NCBI GenBank assembly: GCA_963662545.2
Contig: CAXXLL010000003.1
Location: forward strand, 224,001 to 288,000
Length of the DNA: 64,000 nucleotides
Direction: 5' to 3'
From: Gammaproteobacteria bacterium
GTDB taxonomy: Bacteria; Pseudomonadota; Gammaproteobacteria; Ga0077536
The notes below the pieces were generated by a model. The model was given only the letters and a program-made list of their open reading frames with translations. It was not told the origin of the DNA and searched no databases. How positions within the stretch are numbered: the stretch's first letter is position 1; each line of letters begins with the position of its first letter. Of this stretch, positions 59,951-64,000 are shown one piece after another. Position numbers and translations under genes: made by a program.

Positions 59951-61255
59951 TCAACGCCCCACGCAGTGATATTTAAATCCGTGCGACTCGACCGTCGAGC
60001 GTTCGTAGACATTTCGCAGATCGACGAACACGTCGCCCGACATCAAACGCTTCACCCGTGCAAGATCCAGACCACGGTAAGCATTCCATTCGGTCAGGAG
60101 GATGACTGCGTCCGCGCCCTCACAGACGCCATAGGTGTCGTCGCAGTAATGGACTTGTTCCGGCAGCAGGTTCTTGGCTTCATGCATCCCTTGTGGATCG
60201 TGGGCGCGGACCACCGCACCCTTTTCAATCAAAGGCGGCAGAATGGACAGCGCCGGCGCATCGCGCATATCGTCCGTTTCCGGCTTGAAGGTCAGTCCGA
60301 ACACGCCCAGGATCTTCCCCGTTTCCGAATCGCCGAGCGCAGTGCGGATCTTCTTTATCATGCGTGCTTTCTGCGCGGCGTTGACCTCGATCACCGACTC
60401 CACGATGCGGCTGCCGACCCCATGTTCCTGCGCGATTCGCACCAGGGCTTGGGTATCCTTGGGGAAACAGGAACCGCCATAGCCTGGACCCGGATGCAAA
60501 AACTTCGAACCGATGCGTCCGTCCATCCCCATGCCCTTGGCGACGGCGTGAACGTCGGCGCCGACCGATTCACACAAAGTGGAAATCTCATTGATGAAGC
60601 TGATCTTGGTAGCAAGGAAGGCGTTGGCCGCATATTTAATGAGTTCTGCGCTCTCTAGATCGGTAATCAAAATTGGCGTTTCGCGCAGATTTAACGGCCG
60701 GTAGAGTTCGCGTAACCGCTGTTCGGCGCGCTCCGTCTCGACGCCGATCACGACGCGGTCGGGTCGCATGAAATCCGCGATCGCTGCGCCTTCGCGCAGA
60801 AATTCCGGATTCGAGGCCACGTCGAAATTGGCGTCCGGATTGGCTTCGCGCACGATGCGCGCCACGTTACGCGCCGTGCCTACGGGTACGGTCGACTTGT
60901 CCACGATGACGGTATAGCCGTTGAGATGTGCGGCGATCTGTTTCGCGGCTTCGTAGACGAAGCTGAGATCGGCGAATCCCTCGCCGCGCCGGCTCGGCGT
61001 TCCAACCGCAATGAATACCAGATCCGCGGCCGCAACAGCGTCACCCAGGTCGGTCGTGAACCTGAGGCGCCCGCCGCTCACATTGGTTCTGACGAGGTTT
61101 TCCAGGCCGGGCTCGTAGATCGGTAGGGTGCCCCCGTTCAATTGTTGAATCTTAGCCTCATCGACGTCGACGCAAGTGACATTGACGCCGAATTCGGCGA
61201 AGCAGGTCCCGGAAACGAGTCCGACGTAACCGGTACCGATCATCACCACGTTCAT
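59951..61255 (-). CDS. ugd: UDP-glucose 6-dehydrogenase
   Basis: GTGYVG, KSTVPVGT, NPEFLREG, GGSCFPKD, FKPETDDMR. Confidence 0.95.
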   Translation of the reverse strand: MNVVMIGTGYVGLVSGTCFAEFGVNVTCVDVDEAKIQQLNGGTLPIYEPGLENLVRTNVSGGRLRFTTDLGDAVAAADLVFIAVGTPSRRGEGFADLSFVYEAAKQIAAHLNGYTVIVDKSTVPVGTARNVARIVREANPDANFDVASNPEFLREGAAIADFMRPDRVVIGVETERAEQRLRELYRPLNLRETPILITDLESAELIKYAANAFLATKISFINEISTLCESVGADVHAVAKGMGMDGRIGSKFLHPGPGYGGSCFPKDTQALVRIAQEHGVGSRIVESVIEVNAAQKARMIKKIRTALGDSETGKILGVFGLTFKPETDDMRDAPALSILPPLIEKGAVVRAHDPQGMHEAKNLLPEQVHYCDDTYGVCEGADAVILLTEWNAYRGLDLARVKRLMSGDVFVDLRNVYERSTVESHGFKYHCVGR

Positions 61256-61259
61256 CGGA

Positions 61260-62548
61260 TCATAATCTCCAAAGCGAAACCCCCGTTGGAATCCGGTCGC
61301 GATCGAGCTTACCCTTGACGTCGATCACCGCGCCTTTGCCCCCCTCCAGGAAACGTGACATGCCTTCCCAGCCGGAGGCCAGGTAGTGGCGGTGCGGCAC
61401 GGCGAAAATCACTACCTGCGCCGGCTCGAGATCGGCTTCAGACGTGAGCTCGACACCGTACTCCTCGCGCGCTTGTACATCACTGGCATAGGGATCGTGG
61501 ATCTGGACACCGATGCCGTAGGCTGTCAATTCTTCGACGATGTCGATGACCCGGGTGTTGCGCAAATCCGGGACGTCTTCCTTGAAGGTGAACCCCAGGA
61601 CGGTCACCACGCTGCCCTTTACGACGCCGCCGCCCGCGATGAGCTGCCGGATCGCCTGCTGTGCGACGTAGCGCCCCATATCGTCGTTGATGCTGCGGCC
61701 GGCCAGAATGACCTGCGGAATGTACCCCAGAATCGCGGCCTTGTGCGTAAGGTAATACGGGTCGACGCCGATGCAATGCCCGCCGACCAGACCCGGTTCG
61801 AATTTTAAAAAGTTCCACTTGGTGCCGGCCGCAGCAAGGACGTCGCGGGTATCGATATCCATGCGATTAAAGATCAGGGCGAGTTCGTTCATCAAGGAAA
61901 TATTGAGATCGCGCTGGGTGTTTTCGATGACTTTTGCGGCTTCGGCGACCTTGATCGACGACGCCCGGTGGACCCCGGCGGTCACGACGCTTTCGTAGAC
62001 TTTTGCCACGATCTCAAGAATTTCGGCGTTTTGTCCCGCTACGACTTTCGTGATCTTCGTGAAGGTATGCTCCCTGTCACCGGGATTGATGCGCTCGGGG
62101 GAATAGCCGACGTAAAAATCCCTGCCGCAAGTCAGGCCCGAGACGCGTTCCAGTACGGGTACGCAGTCCTCTTCCGTCGCACCCGGATAAACGGTCGACT
62201 CGTAGACGATGATGTCGCCCTTCTTGATATGCGCGCCGATGGTTTCGGAGGCTTTGAGGATCGGTGTCAGATCGGGCCGCTTGGCGTGGTCGATCGGCGT
62301 CGGCACCGCCACGATGTGGAAGTCGGCCCGCCCGATGTCCGCGGGGTCGGAGTAAACTTGATATCCGCGGCCGCGAGTTCGTGCTGTTCGACTTCCAGTG
62401 TACTGTCGTGGCCACCGACGAGCTCCTTGATCCGCGACGAGTTAATGTCGAATCCTATGGTTGGCGCCTGGCGGCCGAAAGCGACGGCTACGGGTAACCC
62501 GACGTAGCCGAGGCCGATCACGGAGATCGTTCGCTTATGCGAGCTCAT
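61260..62548 (-). pseudogene. UDP-HexNAc C6 dehydrogenase (WbpO/TviB-like) with one frameshift near 62350
   Basis: GLGYVGLP, then AVPTP, ESTVYPG, SPERINPGD, GGHCIGVDPYY in another frame. Single-base deletion, possibly a sequencing error. Confidence 0.88.
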
Positions 62549-63558
62549 GAGATTTTGTAATATTCCTTGTACCAGGAAACGAATTTCTCGATGCCGATTT
62601 CGATCGGCGTTGCGGGACGGTAACCGACGTTCTCGACCAGCGCGTCGACCTCCGCGTAGGTATCGGGAACATCCCCCGGCTGCAGCGGCAACATGTTCTT
62701 CTTCGCTTCCAAGCCCAAGCAGGCTTCGAGGGCGCCGATGAAATCCATCAATTCCACGGGCGCATTATTGCCGATGTTGTAGAGCCGGTACGGAGCCCGA
62801 CCGGTGCCGGGATCCGGCCGATCGCTGTCCCACTCGGGATTTGGCTTGGCGATCGTGTCGACGCAGCTGATCACCCCGCCCACGATGTCGTCGATGTAGG
62901 TGAAATCGCGGCGGTGGTTGCCGTAATTGAAGACGTCGATGGGTTCACCGGCCAGGATTTTTTTCGTAAACATGAACAGCGACATGTCCGGCCGGCCCCA
63001 TGGTCCGTAGACGGTGAAAAACCGGAGCCCTGTCGTCGGCAGCCCGTACAGATGACTGTAGGTATGCGCCATCAACTCGTTCGCTTTTTTGGTGGCCGCG
63101 TAGAGCGATACGGGATGATCGACGTTGTCGTGGACCGAGAACGGCATGTGCGTGTTCGCACCGTATACCGAACTCGAAGAAGCGTAGACCAGGTGTTCTA
63201 CGTCGTTATGCCGGCATCCCTCGAGAATGTTGATCGTGCCGACGACATTGGCATCGATATAGGCGTAAGGATTTTCCAGCGAATAGCGCACGCCGGCCTG
63301 CGCCGCCAGATGGATCACCCGCTGCGCGCCCGCTGATGCGAACAGGTCAGCCATCGCGCTTCGATCCTCGATGTCGAGCTTGCGGAATTCGAATCCGTCA
63401 CGGCCTTCCAACAAAGCGAGGCGCGCCTTCTTCAGGGAGACATCGTAATAATCGTTGAGATTGTCGACGCCGACGATTTCGTCGCCGCGTTCGAGCAGCA
63501 GGTCGCACAAACGGGCGCCGATGAAACCGGCCGCGCCCGTAACCAATATCTTCATCAT
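62545..63558 (-). CDS. UDP-glucuronate 4-epimerase-like NAD-dependent epimerase
   Basis: [33 protein letters not shown]. Confidence 0.93.
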   Translation of the reverse strand: MMKILVTGAAGFIGARLCDLLLERGDEIVGVDNLNDYYDVSLKKARLALLEGRDGFEFRKLDIEDRSAMADLFASAGAQRVIHLAAQAGVRYSLENPYAYIDANVVGTINILEGCRHNDVEHLVYASSSSVYGANTHMPFSVHDNVDHPVSLYAATKKANELMAHTYSHLYGLPTTGLRFFTVYGPWGRPDMSLFMFTKKILAGEPIDVFNYGNHRRDFTYIDDIVGGVISCVDTIAKPNPEWDSDRPDPGTGRAPYRLYNIGNNAPVELMDFIGALEACLGLEAKKNMLPLQPGDVPDTYAEVDALVENVGYRPATPIEIGIEKFVSWYKEYYKIS

Positions 63559-63682
63559 GGGAAAAGCTGTTCTAAGGTGCGCGTATTCTACCTGTATATC
63601 GGTGCTAATTGTCGCGGCTTTAGCGCCCGTTTTACGACGAATCTGTTAACATGCGTGTCAGTATTGCGCCCGGAGAAAACCC

Positions 63683-64000
63683 ATGGCGGATCAAGAAGGC
63701 ATACCGACCGATGCGGTGTCAGTCGACACCGACAATCTTTACCGCGAGGAATCGATAACCGATCTTCGCGCAGCGACGATTCGCCAGCTCATTCCGATCA
63801 AAGTCGACGGCAGCGAAGATAAATCCCGATCGCGCAAGTTCATCGGCGATACGACTCTGATGACGCAAATGGGGCCGATTCCGGTTCAATTTCCACTCGA
63901 AGCAGAGACCTTGGACAAGGCATTCGATCTATTCCCCGACGGCATCAAAGGCGCGATCGCGCGGCTGAACGAGCGCGCCAAGGAGCTGGCCCGCGAGGAG
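63683..64000 (+). CDS. Conserved hypothetical cytoplasmic protein (partial)
   Basis: RBS ggag, then MADQEG...NLYREESITDLRAATIRQLIP...GPIPVQF; open to the window end. Confidence 0.7.
   Translation, partial: MADQEGIPTDAVSVDTDNLYREESITDLRAATIRQLIPIKVDGSEDKSRSRKFIGDTTLMTQMGPIPVQFPLEAETLDKAFDLFPDGIKGAIARLNERAKELAREE

Noticed and set aside
62340-62360. Programmed frameshift in the WbpO-like gene
   Set aside because: No slippery heptamer or repeat tract. A single-base deletion (error or mutation) is simpler.
1-64000. CRISPR array, tRNA or rRNA genes
   Set aside because: I saw no regularly spaced repeat-spacer units and no recognisable structural RNA. The integrase is not next to a tRNA.

Overview
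A GC-rich, probably gammaproteobacterial surface-polysaccharide (LPS O-antigen/capsule) locus. It carries wzm/wzt, glycosyltransferases, methyl-, sulfo- and acyltransferases, rfaH, nucleotide-sugar genes, two MBOAT acylation modules and a CDP-sugar branch (rfbF/rfbG/rfbC, C-methyltransferase, reductase, CmcI-like methyltransferase). A ~23.9-kb integrative element (32768-56688) has inserted into the 5' end of rfbG. Its palindromic junction cores can be rejoined to give an in-frame rfbG. The element has a phage-satellite-like core: P4-type integrase, AlpA, Toprim primase, DUF3631 protein with an ori-like nested inverted repeat, and TerS-like/HGGxSTG genes. Its cargo includes a three-gene operon (thymidylate-synthase-fold enzyme with a dCMP-hydroxymethylase-type Asp, UDG-like protein, aGPT-Pplase clade-3-like protein) facing a HigB/HigA-ImmA pair, two orphan nuclease-like genes and many IS remnants. 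The three best leads are the candidate base-modification/defence operon, the rfbG-splitting element, and a complete Dlt-like (DltX/D/C/B/A) acylation operon headed by a tandem flavodoxin protein. All family calls come from motif recognition by eye, without database searches. Several frameshifts could be real decay or assembly errors.
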